A DNA stretch of 64,000 nt from an uncultured Lachnospiraceae bacterium (GCA_947650005.1 CANSTU010000009.1:4743-68742), one strand, 5' to 3'. Numbered from the stretch's first letter, positions 10,637 through 20,193 are shown. Numbers and translations: made by a program. The notes: generated by a model from the letters alone, not told the origin.

Positions 10637-10860
10637 ACACGGTATCCATCCTTCGGATTTTTCCCTTCCGCAAACAGATGCCGCCAATTACGCAGTCTGC
10701 CGACCGGAAAAATAACACAGCTGCTCCAATATGGCAGTACAAGGCCGTTTTGCATAATGACAGTTTCCTCCTGTCATTATGCGCAGCCATTGAACCCGCC
10801 ATTTTGCAGCAGCCCTGTTTGATTCGGACTTTCCGGGAAACTCCTTTTCTATATCCCTTT

Positions 10861-12108
10861 TTATACCAGAGACTTGTTCAGATATGCTTCCTGTTCTGCC
10901 GTCAACGCATCGATCTCCTTGCCCAGGAAACGCAGCTTTCTAGCCGCCACATCCGCATCGATTTCCTCAGGCACATCGATGAGCATTTCATTCATCTCTT
11001 TTCCGTGCTCCACCAGATATTTTGCGGAAAGAGCCTGGATCGCAAAGCTCATGTCCATAATCTCGGCCGGATGTCCGTCTCCCGCCGCCAGATTTACAAG
11101 ACGTCCCTCTGCCAGCACGAAGATCCACTTTCCGTTCTCCAGCTTATAACCCTGGATATTCTTTCTCATTTCTTTGGATTCCACCGCCATGGCTCGCAGT
11201 CCTGCCATATCGATCTCACAATCAAAATGGCCCGCATTGCAGAGAATTGCTCCCTCTTTCATTTCCATGAAATCCTCTTCATCGATCACCTTGTCGCAGC
11301 CTGTCACGGTCACAAAGAAATCGCCCAATTTCGCCGCTTCCTTCATGGGCATCACTTCAAATCCATCCATAACCGCCTCAATGGCCTTTACAGGATTGAT
11401 CTCCGTTACGATTACCTTTGCCCCAAGTCCCTTTGCTCTCATGGCAACGCCCTTACCGCACCAGCCGTAACCGGCCACCACCACATTCTTGCCAGCCACG
11501 ATCAAATTGGTGGTACGCATCACACCGTCCCACACGGACTGTCCCGTGCCGTAACGATTATCAAAGAAATGCTTGCACTGGGCATTGTTCACCCGGATCA
11601 TAGGGAACTTCAGATCCCCTGCCCGATTCATGGCCTCCAGACGGATAATTCCTGTGGTTGTCTCCTCACAACCGCCCAGAATTGCCGGAATCAGTTCTTG
11701 CATCTCGGTATGGACCATGTGTACCAGGTCGCCTCCGTCGTCAATAATAATATTCGGGCCTGCGGAAAGCACGGCACGGATATGTCTGTTATATTCTTCC
11801 TCTGTGGCCCCATACCAAGCATGTACTTCCAGGCCAGCCTTCACCAGAGCCGCCGCCACATCATCCTGCGTGGAAAGCGGATTGGAACCGGTTACATACA
11901 TTTTGGCCCCGCCCGCAGCCAATACCTTGCACAGGTACGCAGTCTTCGCTTCCAGATGCACGGAAAGGGTGATCTTCTTTCCTGAAAATGGTTTGGTCTG
12001 GCTGAACTCTTCTTCCAGCATACGCAGCAGGTCGCAATTCCTCTTGACCCACTCGATCTTCTGCTCGCCGGATTCGGCCAGGTTAATGTCTCTGATTTCA
12101 CTGCTCAT
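10861..12108 (-). CDS. ahcY: Adenosylhomocysteinase
   Basis: The track ORF is 603 aa, but the conserved sequence begins at MSSEIRDINLAESGEQKIEWV (ATG is the complement of 12106-12108, with GGAGGAAGGAG upstream), giving 415 aa. NAD-binding VVAGYGWCGKGVA is present. Confidence 0.9.
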   Translation of the reverse strand: MSSEIRDINLAESGEQKIEWVKRNCDLLRMLEEEFSQTKPFSGKKITLSVHLEAKTAYLCKVLAAGGAKMYVTGSNPLSTQDDVAAALVKAGLEVHAWYGATEEEYNRHIRAVLSAGPNIIIDDGGDLVHMVHTEMQELIPAILGGCEETTTGIIRLEAMNRAGDLKFPMIRVNNAQCKHFFDNRYGTGQSVWDGVMRTTNLIVAGKNVVVAGYGWCGKGVAMRAKGLGAKVIVTEINPVKAIEAVMDGFEVMPMKEAAKLGDFFVTVTGCDKVIDEEDFMEMKEGAILCNAGHFDCEIDMAGLRAMAVESKEMRKNIQGYKLENGKWIFVLAEGRLVNLAAGDGHPAEIMDMSFAIQALSAKYLVEHGKEMNEMLIDVPEEIDADVAARKLRFLGKEIDALTAEQEAYLNKSLV

Positions 12109-12477
12109 CTCTAGCTCTCCTTCCTCCGTCTTGGCGGATATCAGTTTGGTGCTACTTCCAAACTCACTATTGGTGCAATATCGCAAGCGCCGCATGCGAT
12201 ATGCAGCGGATACATTACCAGCCGAATTTTTATTAGAGTGATGGTCGTCTGTCCTATCATCACTGGAAGAATCCATTCCTATGGTAGCAAAAACAAAGGT
12301 GGATTGCAAGAAAAAAGCATGGATTTTCCGAAGCATTTTCCACTTGACGCCGAAAGGAATACGAAAAGAAATGCATTGTGTAAGCCGCAGTTTTGGGAGA
12401 AGGATTGCAACGGTGTAGGCTTGTCCAACATGTATTGTAATCCTACAACTGCGTTTTGTCATGAAGGAACCTATATA

Positions 12478-12530
12478 TTGACAAATCATGTATGGGATGA
12501 TAGAATACATACCGACAGATTGTCGGTATG
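12478..12530 (+). promoter_or_regulatory. Sigma-A-type promoter plus perfect palindromic operator upstream of the TetR gene
   Basis: TTGACA at 12478-12483, a 17-nt spacer, and TAGAAT at 12501-12506. The perfect palindrome CATACCGACA-gat-TGTCGGTATG follows at 12508-12530, 20 nt before the TetR ATG. Confidence 0.55.
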
Positions 12531-12550
12531 TTTGAGGGGAGTGACAAGAA

Positions 12551-13174
12551 ATGAGAGTAGTCAAAGAGGCAAATGTGCGCAAAAGCGAGATACTAGACGT
12601 GGCGGAACTGCTCTTTGGGACAAAGGGCTTTGACGGCACCAGTACAACAGACATCCTCAATATGGTCGGCATTGCCAGGGGGACGCTCTACTACCACTTC
12701 AAATCCAAGGAGGACATCCTAGACGCCATAATTGAGCGTATGACCTGCAGCTTGGTGGCAAAGGCCAACGAAATTGCCGGGAAGAAGGACGTGCCGGTAT
12801 TGCAGCGCCTGACACTGATGATGTTGGCCCTGAACGTGAACAACGATCTCGGGCATGAAATTATGGAGCAAGTGCATAAGCCTCAGAACGCGCTCATGCA
12901 CCAGAAGATGCAGACGCGGCTGCTGGCCGGGATAAATCCAATCATCACAGCTTTGATTGAGGAAGGCATCGCCCAGGGAATCTGCCAAACAGATCATCCG
13001 GCAGAGGTGGCGGAAATGACCTTACTCTATTCCAACACGGCATTCGATGACTTAGTAGCGTACAGCGAGGAGGAACGGCAGAGAAAGATCGCTGCGTTCA
13101 TCTACAACTTGGAGCGGCTGCTGGGAATGGAACGAGAAAGTCTGCGGGAGACGATTCTCCCGATTTTTGGATGA
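12551..13174 (+). CDS. TetR/AcrR-family transcriptional regulator
   Basis: N-terminal HTH FGTKGFDGTSTTDILNMVGIARGTLYYHFKSKEDIL; 207 aa. Confidence 0.9.
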   Translation: MRVVKEANVRKSEILDVAELLFGTKGFDGTSTTDILNMVGIARGTLYYHFKSKEDILDAIIERMTCSLVAKANEIAGKKDVPVLQRLTLMMLALNVNNDLGHEIMEQVHKPQNALMHQKMQTRLLAGINPIITALIEEGIAQGICQTDHPAEVAEMTLLYSNTAFDDLVAYSEEERQRKIAAFIYNLERLLGMERESLRETILPIFG

Positions 13175-13300
13175 TGGGTGGAGCACGCAAATTGGAGGGG
13201 GAGAGAAGCTGATTGCAGTATCAAGATAAAGGAAGCGCAGCGTTCCTACTCTTTTGCAGCCCCATATCGAAAGGCAGACGGTCTATAAGGAGAATACAAT

Positions 13301-13606
13301 ATGAACCAACAAAAAAATTTTCCAAAATATATGCTGCTATGGGCAGGGGAACTGATTTCCGCTATCGGCAGCAGACTGACCAGCTTCGGCCTGAGGGTTG
13401 ATTGGTTTCCTGTCACAGACTGGCTATGTTGTCGCCTAAGGTGTGGATGGCGTGGGGGCGGATGGGATCCCGCAGGGATTCATATCGGCGTAGGTCGGCT
13501 CGCAGCCTGGATCGCGATGGCAGAGGAGGCGTTGCTGGGGTTGACGGCGGCGGGACTCTATTTACCGAAAAGCGTCCGGGCGCTGGAACAGGAGCCGTTA
13601 TGCTGA
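13301..13606 (+). pseudogene. Remnant of an MFS efflux transporter gene (large internal deletion)
   Basis: This 101-aa ORF starts MNQQKNFPKYMLLWAGELISAIGSRLTSFGL, a typical MFS N-terminus and TM1. It then loses similarity and ends with one hydrophobic segment (VGRLAAWIAMAEEALLGLTAAGLYLPKSVRALE). That is far too short for a 12-TM transporter. Confidence 0.5.
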
Positions 13607-15834
13607 ACAAACTGATTTGGAATGATGTGCAGCAAAACAAGCTGTCGTCCGCCGCCACAGTTTTCTTTATGGCCGTTTCCGCTATGATGCTTGCATTGAC
13701 AGCGATGCTGTTTTCCAGCCTGCTTGGTTCGGTCAACGGACTGATGGAACAAGCACAGGCCCCCGACCTTGTACAAATGCACACCGGAGCATTGATCGAA
13801 GGGGAGATCGGCCAATTTGCCAGGGAGAATCAGGAAATCAGTCAATGGCAGATATGCCGCTTTTTGAACCTGGATAATAGTCAGGTCACGCTGGGCGGTT
13901 ACAACTTGCTGGACAGCACTCAGGACAATGGCCTATGTGTCCAGAGCGAAAGGTTTGACTATCTTCTGGATATAGACAACAACCGTTTGGAGGTACTGCC
14001 CGGACAGGTCTACGTTCCCGTCTGTTACCGCATGCGCTATGATTTGAGCGTCGGGGACACGATGCAAATCAGCGACGAAATGCTTACCATTGCCGGGTTC
14101 CTGCGGGATGCGCAGATGAACTCCATGATGGCCTCATCCAAACGGTTCCTTGTAAGCGAATGGGACTATGAACGGCTGAAATCCTGCGGTGAGGAGGAAT
14201 ATCTCATTGAATTTCTCCTGAAGGACAATGTGAACGCCAACGCCATTGGCAACACTTACACGCAGTGGGGGCTTCCGGCAAATGGCCCCGCTATCACAAA
14301 GCCATTGATCCACATGATGAACGCGCTGTCGGATGGGACGACAATTTTGGTGATTTTCCTCGCAGCTGTGGTGGTACTGTTGGTCGCCCTGCTCTGCATC
14401 CGTTTTATCCTGGCCATCCGTATGGAACAGGATAAACGTGAGGTAGGGATGCTGAAAGCCCTGGGCATTGGAAAGAATGAAATCAAGCGGCTCTACTTTT
14501 CAAAATACATCCTGTTTTCCGTCTGCGGCGGCCTGCTGGGCCTAGGTCTTTCCTCTGTCCTGCGTAGACCTCTGGAACGGCAAATACGGGATCTGTACGG
14601 CGCTTCCGATAACAGCGCACCGGCGGCGGTATTTGCCCTTTGCGCTGTTGCCGTGGCGGAGACCGTAATCCTGCTCTCCGTATGGCGAAGCTTGAAAAAG
14701 ACAGATGGGTTATCAGCGGTGGCCGCGCTGTTCTCGGTTCGGGCGCAGGAGCAGGACTGGCGGCAATATCTGCTGATCAGCTTTGTATCCGCTGCCTGCG
14801 CCTTTTTAATGTTGCTGCCGCAAAATCTGTACTCCACTCTGTCCTCCTCCACATTTGTCACCTATATGGGCATTGGAAACGCCGATATCCGTATGGACAT
14901 ACGTCAGGACACAGACGTCAGCTCGACAACGGCCCAGTTTGCCGCCGCCCTGGAGCGCGATACGCAGGTAGAACGATACGCCGTTCTTCGGACACAATCT
15001 CTCCCAGCTACTTTAGAGGATGGAATGACCTGCAATCTGACCGTAGAAATGGGCGACCATACGATATTCCCTGTGCGCTATTCGGTAGGAACGCTGCCGG
15101 TCATGGAGAGCGAAATTGCCCTGTCCTCTCTGTGCGCAAAGGAATTAGGACTGTCCGTTGGCGATACTCTGCTGCTGCGGATAGGCGCAGATGAAATACG
15201 CTATACTGTCTGCGGGATATATTCTGACATTACAAACGGCGGGAAAACCGCGAAGGCTGGTAGCAGAGCGAACAACGCCCCTGTAATCTGGAGCGTCCTG
15301 TATGTCTCTCTCAAAGACCCGGAGGCCAGTCCTCAGTGGATGGAAGCCTACAGCCAGTCCGGGGCCGATGTAACGGATATTGAGGACTATGTGAGGGATA
15401 CCTATGGGCCGACACTGGCCCAACTCCGTTTGGCCTCAAGAGGGACCATGCTGATTGCCGTACTTGTAGCCTTTATCGTGATTGCGCTGTTCCTGCGTCT
15501 GATCGTGGAGCGGAACCGTGACGCGGTCTCCTTGCAGAAGGCCCTGGGATTTACCAGCTGGGATATTGGGCGCGCCTACTTTTTCAAAGGCTTTTTCTTC
15601 GCCGCCGCAGGCGTCCTGGCTGGACTGCTGCTTGGTACCCTACTGGGAGAGGGTCTTTGCGGACTTGTACTAAAATCCTTTGGCGCGGACAGCTTCCGCT
15701 TCATCATTCGCTGGGATTGCCTGCTGATCGTAATCCCCGCTATCATTCTCGCAGCAACGATATTCGCCGTTTTGATGGGAACGGCGGAAGTCCAGCGGAT
15801 CCAAGCCCATGAATGCTGCACAGGGAGGGACTAA
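13600..15834 (+). CDS. FtsX/MacB-family ABC transporter permease (two FtsX-type modules)
   Basis: I start it at ATG 13600 (MLNKLIWNDVQQNKL), preceded by GGAACAGGAG. The track's upstream extension is Arg/Gly-rich and overlaps the MFS remnant. 744 aa with two clusters of TM helices separated by large extracytoplasmic regions. Confidence 0.85.
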   Translation: MLNKLIWNDVQQNKLSSAATVFFMAVSAMMLALTAMLFSSLLGSVNGLMEQAQAPDLVQMHTGALIEGEIGQFARENQEISQWQICRFLNLDNSQVTLGGYNLLDSTQDNGLCVQSERFDYLLDIDNNRLEVLPGQVYVPVCYRMRYDLSVGDTMQISDEMLTIAGFLRDAQMNSMMASSKRFLVSEWDYERLKSCGEEEYLIEFLLKDNVNANAIGNTYTQWGLPANGPAITKPLIHMMNALSDGTTILVIFLAAVVVLLVALLCIRFILAIRMEQDKREVGMLKALGIGKNEIKRLYFSKYILFSVCGGLLGLGLSSVLRRPLERQIRDLYGASDNSAPAAVFALCAVAVAETVILLSVWRSLKKTDGLSAVAALFSVRAQEQDWRQYLLISFVSAACAFLMLLPQNLYSTLSSSTFVTYMGIGNADIRMDIRQDTDVSSTTAQFAAALERDTQVERYAVLRTQSLPATLEDGMTCNLTVEMGDHTIFPVRYSVGTLPVMESEIALSSLCAKELGLSVGDTLLLRIGADEIRYTVCGIYSDITNGGKTAKAGSRANNAPVIWSVLYVSLKDPEASPQWMEAYSQSGADVTDIEDYVRDTYGPTLAQLRLASRGTMLIAVLVAFIVIALFLRLIVERNRDAVSLQKALGFTSWDIGRAYFFKGFFFAAAGVLAGLLLGTLLGEGLCGLVLKSFGADSFRFIIRWDCLLIVIPAIILAATIFAVLMGTAEVQRIQAHECCTGRD

Positions 15835-16586
15835 TGGCAACGAAAAACGTACTTCGGGTAGAAAACCTGACGAAAGGACGCATCCTGAACCAAATCTCGT
15901 TTGATATGAAACCGGGGGAGATGCTGGCAGTCATGGGTCCATCCGGCTCTGGGAAATCGACGCTGCTCTATAACGTGTCCGGAATGGATCGGCCCGCCAG
16001 CGGACAGGTGTGGCTTAGCGACGTTGAGATTACGAAGCTGTCTGAGGACGAAAAGGCAAGGCTGCGGCTTCACCGCATGGGCATTGTGTTCCAGCAGATG
16101 AACATGCTGACAAACCTGAATCTTCTAGACAATATTTTGCTCCCGGCGATACAAGCCAACAGAGGACGGGACCGGAAATCGAAAGAGGAATTGAACCTGC
16201 GGGCGCGGACGCTTATGGAAAAACTGGGGATCACTGGGCTGGAGAATCGAAGGATCACCCAAGTGTCCGGTGGACAGCTCCAACGGGCGTGTATCTGCCG
16301 GAGCATGATGAACGAGCCGGAAATCCTGTTTGCAGACGAGCCGACCGGAGCGCTGAACAAAAGCGCGGCCGGCGAGGTTATGGAGGAACTGGTCAAGCTG
16401 AACCGGGAGGGCACCGCGATTTTGATGGTGACCCATGATAGCAGGGTCGCCAGCAGATGCGACAGAATTATATACCTGCTGGACGGCCAGATTTCTACGC
16501 AGCTGACGCTGGGCAAATCAACGGCTGGAGCAGAGAAACAGCGGGAGGAAAAAGTAGCAACATGGCTCATGGAAATGGGGTGGTAG
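15834..16586 (+). CDS. ABC transporter ATP-binding protein (MacB/LolD-like)
   Basis: The start overlaps the permease stop (TAATG). Walker A GPSGSGKST, signature SGGQLQR, Walker B ILFADEPT. Confidence 0.9.
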   Translation: MATKNVLRVENLTKGRILNQISFDMKPGEMLAVMGPSGSGKSTLLYNVSGMDRPASGQVWLSDVEITKLSEDEKARLRLHRMGIVFQQMNMLTNLNLLDNILLPAIQANRGRDRKSKEELNLRARTLMEKLGITGLENRRITQVSGGQLQRACICRSMMNEPEILFADEPTGALNKSAAGEVMEELVKLNREGTAILMVTHDSRVASRCDRIIYLLDGQISTQLTLGKSTAGAEKQREEKVATWLMEMGW

Positions 16587-16606
16587 ACGGCGGCGGAAAG
16601 AAGGGC

Positions 16607-17164
16607 TCAGCGATTCCACTCCTCCCGCAGCATTCTGTACTCCACACGGTCACGCATCTGACCGTGCATCCAAACCTTCTGCTTGAAATCTGCCTCCTTT
16701 ACTAGGCCGCATTTGATCATTACCTTTTCCGATCCCTTATTTTCCGGATCACAGCCCGTGGTTAGGCGAAATACATTATTTTCTTCAAAAGCGAACCGCA
16801 GCACTTCCCGGAATGCCTCCGTCATGTATCCCTGCCCCCAATATTTTTTCCGGCTGAAATATCCCGCATGGACCAGTTTACCCACAGGCGTTTCCTGAAG
16901 CACCGTATAACCAGCCTCTCCGATCAGATCTCCCGTCTGTTTCTCCTCCAGCCTGAGAAAATATTCCCTACGCCCCTCCTTGCCAACGGCTTCTATGGCA
17001 GTGCGCAGATCCTTTTCGGATTCTTCCCTGCTGTGGGTCATAATATCAGGCAAATAATACATGACCTTTGGATCCGAGAACATCTCATGGTGGCTGGGCA
17101 GATCCTCCCACCTATGATCTCTTATAATCATCCGCTGCGTTTCTAACCATATCCCTTTTTTCAT
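16607..17164 (-). CDS. GNAT-family N-acetyltransferase (RimJ/RimL-like)
   Basis: 185 aa. The WGQGYMTEAFREVLRFAF acetyl-CoA-binding-type segment is present. Confidence 0.8.
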   Translation of the reverse strand: MKKGIWLETQRMIIRDHRWEDLPSHHEMFSDPKVMYYLPDIMTHSREESEKDLRTAIEAVGKEGRREYFLRLEEKQTGDLIGEAGYTVLQETPVGKLVHAGYFSRKKYWGQGYMTEAFREVLRFAFEENNVFRLTTGCDPENKGSEKVMIKCGLVKEADFKQKVWMHGQMRDRVEYRMLREEWNR

Positions 17165-17245
17165 TTAAACCTCCCCGCCCGCCTTGTCGGGCGCTCATTT
17201 CAGAATCAAAAAAATGTAAAATTTACCTTACTCTCCATTCTGCCG

Positions 17246-18073
17246 TCATACCGGTTTTCTGGCAAATACCGTATCCATGCAGTGTTTATGCGGGATCCCG
17301 CTGCTGTTGCAATCGAAAATTTCCTCCCGGCATTCTTCAATCACCCAATCCCCATAATAGGTAAACAGTTCTCCCGACTTCCAGTTTTCCGAACACAAAT
17401 CCGAATCCGGCGGCTCGGGTATGAAAGGTTTCTCCACAAAGACATTCACCGCATGCATCCCCCCCGGCGCCGTATGGGACAGGTAATGTCCCATAATCTC
17501 GTCTCTGATCCCGGGCAGAATATGATGAAACACCCCTGAACTGTAGATGATATCAAATTCCTCCTCCGGACGGAAATCCCTCAGATCAGCCCTGAAAAAA
17601 CGTACCTCCACTTGATGGATATCCGCCAGGCGCTTCGCCTTCTCAATCCCTGTGTCCGTCGCATCAAAAGCTGTCACCTGATAACCGTTTCTGGCGAGAA
17701 AAACCGCATCCTTTCCCTCCCCGCAGCCGATTTCCAGAACCCGGAGAGGCCTTGTCGGATAAAAACGCTTCAACAATTCCAGGCACATATGGCCCGGCTG
17801 TCTCCCCCAATAATATTCCTGCGTACGATAACGATCCTCGTAGGGCGTTACCTTCTTTTTTCCCGGAATATAACCCATCAACGTATCAATATCCGTCTCC
17901 AGAATTCCTGCCAACACCGGAAGCAGACAGATGTCCGGCAGCGATTGGCTGTTCTCCCATTTCGATACAGCCTGTGAAGAGATGTTCAGTTTCCCCGCCA
18001 ATTCTTCCTGGGTATAGCCCTTAGACTTCCGAAAGCGTGCAATATTGTCCGCCAGTACCGTTTTTCTCTCCAT
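17246..18073 (-). CDS. Fusion protein: XRE-type HTH domain plus class I SAM-dependent methyltransferase
   Basis: I start it at MERKTVLADNIARF (ATG 18073). HTH: FRKSKGYTQEELAGKLNISSQAVSKWENSQS. Methyltransferase motif I: RVLEIGCGEGKDAVFLA. Confidence 0.8.
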   Translation of the reverse strand: MERKTVLADNIARFRKSKGYTQEELAGKLNISSQAVSKWENSQSLPDICLLPVLAGILETDIDTLMGYIPGKKKVTPYEDRYRTQEYYWGRQPGHMCLELLKRFYPTRPLRVLEIGCGEGKDAVFLARNGYQVTAFDATDTGIEKAKRLADIHQVEVRFFRADLRDFRPEEEFDIIYSSGVFHHILPGIRDEIMGHYLSHTAPGGMHAVNVFVEKPFIPEPPDSDLCSENWKSGELFTYYGDWVIEECREEIFDCNSSGIPHKHCMDTVFARKPV

Positions 18074-18292
18074 TCCTTCTGCTCCTTCCAACGTATAAAC
18101 GCCTTCCCCTTGGCTTTCCCATATCCTGCTGGGACCGTACCAGCCCATGCTGACGCAATCCTTTTCTTTGATATTACCATAAAAATACTAGCATACTTTT
18201 TCTTCTCATAAAATAACCGAATAAGGGAACAACCGGAAGTTTTCCAACCTCCGGTTGTTTTTTTTACTACCAAAATGCAATCCTCATTCCCT

Positions 18293-19267
18293 CTATTTTT
18301 CCAAGAAAGTAAACACCGTTTTCAGATACTTTCCCAGTACTTCATTGTCGCTTCTATAGAGTTCATGCTTTGTTCCAGGAAATTTCACACATCTGCCGCA
18401 TCGAACCCTGTCGCTGAATAAAACTTCTCCTCTGTTCGCCACAAACACATCCTTTTCCGCCTGCAGCACCAGAACCGGGCAGCTCACCCTGGCGCATCCC
18501 CTGCGGCTGCGCACCCTCGCCGCTCCCGCAATACACTCCATCGCCCAGCGGCAGGAAGCTCCATGGTTTTGCATCCACCTATGATTCCTCTTTTTTTCTC
18601 CATAATAATCGAAACGGGCCCGGCTTGTGGCTGAGCTTTTCTCGAATCGCCCCTCCCCAGGATAGGGGCAGTGCCCCGGCGCATATTCCTCGCCATACCC
18701 TAAAATCGTATAGACTGCTGTCACCAGCCAGGCCAGCCAGACCGGCGCCCTTCCCATGTTCACCTTCATCATAGGAGAAGAAAGCACCGCCTTATCAAAC
18801 AGACCCGGGATCCGCTCTAAAACCGCCGCTCCCACTGCACCCCCCATGGAATGGGCAAACAGGTACATAGGCTTTCCCTTGCCGGCCGGGACCGCCACCT
18901 TTTTTACAAAGCGGGAAAAATCCTCCACGTAATTCCTAAAATGTTCCACATGAGTCAGGGAAACATCCCCCACTTCCCGAAACGATCTTCCATGCCCTCT
19001 ATGTTCCATGATAAAAACCTGATATTCCTCCTTAATAAAATACCAGATCAGTTCCCTATATTTTTCTGCGTTCTCCGTAAAACCATGGCTGATCACCACA
19101 TTTCCCCGCGGCTCATCCACCCGATAATATTCGTAGTAAAGTTTTCCAACGCCACCCGTTTTTCCGCGGCGCACTGCCAGAAATCCCCGTTTGCGAATCC
19201 GTGCCAAACTGGGTTCCACCATCTCTTCCATCTGCTCTCTATAGCGTTCCTCTGATATCAATTCCAT
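18293..19267 (-). CDS. Alpha/beta hydrolase (lysophospholipase/monoacylglycerol lipase-like)
   Basis: I start it at MELISEERY (ATG 19267, with GGGAG 5 nt upstream). VISHGFTE and the nucleophile elbow FAHSMGG are present. Confidence 0.8.
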   Translation of the reverse strand: MELISEERYREQMEEMVEPSLARIRKRGFLAVRRGKTGGVGKLYYEYYRVDEPRGNVVISHGFTENAEKYRELIWYFIKEEYQVFIMEHRGHGRSFREVGDVSLTHVEHFRNYVEDFSRFVKKVAVPAGKGKPMYLFAHSMGGAVGAAVLERIPGLFDKAVLSSPMMKVNMGRAPVWLAWLVTAVYTILGYGEEYAPGHCPYPGEGRFEKSSATSRARFDYYGEKKRNHRWMQNHGASCRWAMECIAGAARVRSRRGCARVSCPVLVLQAEKDVFVANRGEVLFSDRVRCGRCVKFPGTKHELYRSDNEVLGKYLKTVFTFLEK

Positions 19268-19702
19268 CTTGGCTCCCATCCGTATACAAGGCATGCATCC
19301 AAATCTGGAAAATGAAAGTTTTCGTTTTCAATTTCCTCTCATTCTTTCTTCTGCCATAGTCCGCTTTCTATCCTGAAAATTTATCAGTACACCTATTTCC
19401 ATCTAAGGTTTTTCACATTTCCAAGATAGCATTCACAAATACAGTTGTCAAGAAACAGCAGGCGGATCCCATGACAGGGGCTGAAAATGGCAACTTTTCG
19501 CGCCTGTATTGGTCATACTGCATTACTTTTATACTCAAAATACGGTATATTTTTTCCTTGCCATTCTATTACAAAACATGATAAGATAGAAAAGGCCGGA
19601 TATTCCTACATTACCCAATCCAGGGAATATCCGGCGTAGTCTGCTCTACTTATAATCATAGACATGCTAATCTTATCGCTTTTACGGAAAGGGGGACGAC
19701 CA

Positions 19703-20182
19703 ATGGACTACACATTGGATCAGAAAGATGCATTCCGTGTTATTGGCGTACGCAAGACTACAGAGGATGCAGGAGGAGTTTGGGGAATGGTCAAGTCGGA
19801 TGGAGGAATGGATCGGCTTGAAGAAGCGCAGAGAGAAACGGATGAATCTAGCATTCTCAGCTTGTGCTTCGGTTTCAATGAAGAAGGACATAACGACAAT
19901 ATGGTAGGCTATACGGCGGAGTCCGAGGCCCCCATACCGGAAAATCAGGATGACTGGACAGCCTTCGATTATCCGGAAGCTTCTTGGGTCACTTTCGTGG
20001 CTGAAGGAAAGATTTCAGAAGATTTTCTCTGGAATACCTGGCAATATATTCACAGAGACTTTCTAATCAATAGCGGTTTTATCCAAGAGGATCTGCCTAC
20101 CAGTGAGGAATATGATGTCTGGGATGAAGAAGCAGATTATGGCAGGGTCACCATCCGGATTGCGGTAAAGCCCCTTTCGTGA
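19703..20182 (+). CDS. GyrI-like (AraC effector-binding domain) small-molecule-binding protein, stand-alone
   Basis: I start it at MDYTLDQKDAFRVIGVRK (ATG 19703, with GGGGGA upstream). The size (159 aa) and the FRVIG...W...TFVAEG...RVTIRIAVKP pattern fit the GyrI-like fold. Confidence 0.6.
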   Translation: MDYTLDQKDAFRVIGVRKTTEDAGGVWGMVKSDGGMDRLEEAQRETDESSILSLCFGFNEEGHNDNMVGYTAESEAPIPENQDDWTAFDYPEASWVTFVAEGKISEDFLWNTWQYIHRDFLINSGFIQEDLPTSEEYDVWDEEADYGRVTIRIAVKPLS

Positions 20183-20193
20183 ACATAAGATGA

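Noticed and set aside
12109-12330. An SAH or SAM riboswitch upstream of ahcY.
   Set aside because: I could not find the conserved cores I remember for SAH, SAM-I (S-box) or SAM/SAH elements. Only generic hairpins are present. I kept it as a low-interest structured leader rather than calling a riboswitch.
12109-12672. The 603-aa version of the ahcY ORF with a 188-aa N-terminal extension.
   Set aside because: The extension has no AhcY similarity and odd composition. It spans the divergent TetR promoter region. A strong RBS precedes the internal ATG at 12108, giving the normal ~415-aa enzyme.
13402-13599. The 66-aa N-terminal extension of the FtsX-type permease ORF (810-aa version).
   Set aside because: It is Arg/Gly-rich with no transporter character and overlaps the MFS remnant. 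ATG 13600 has a proper RBS and is followed at once by the first TM helix.
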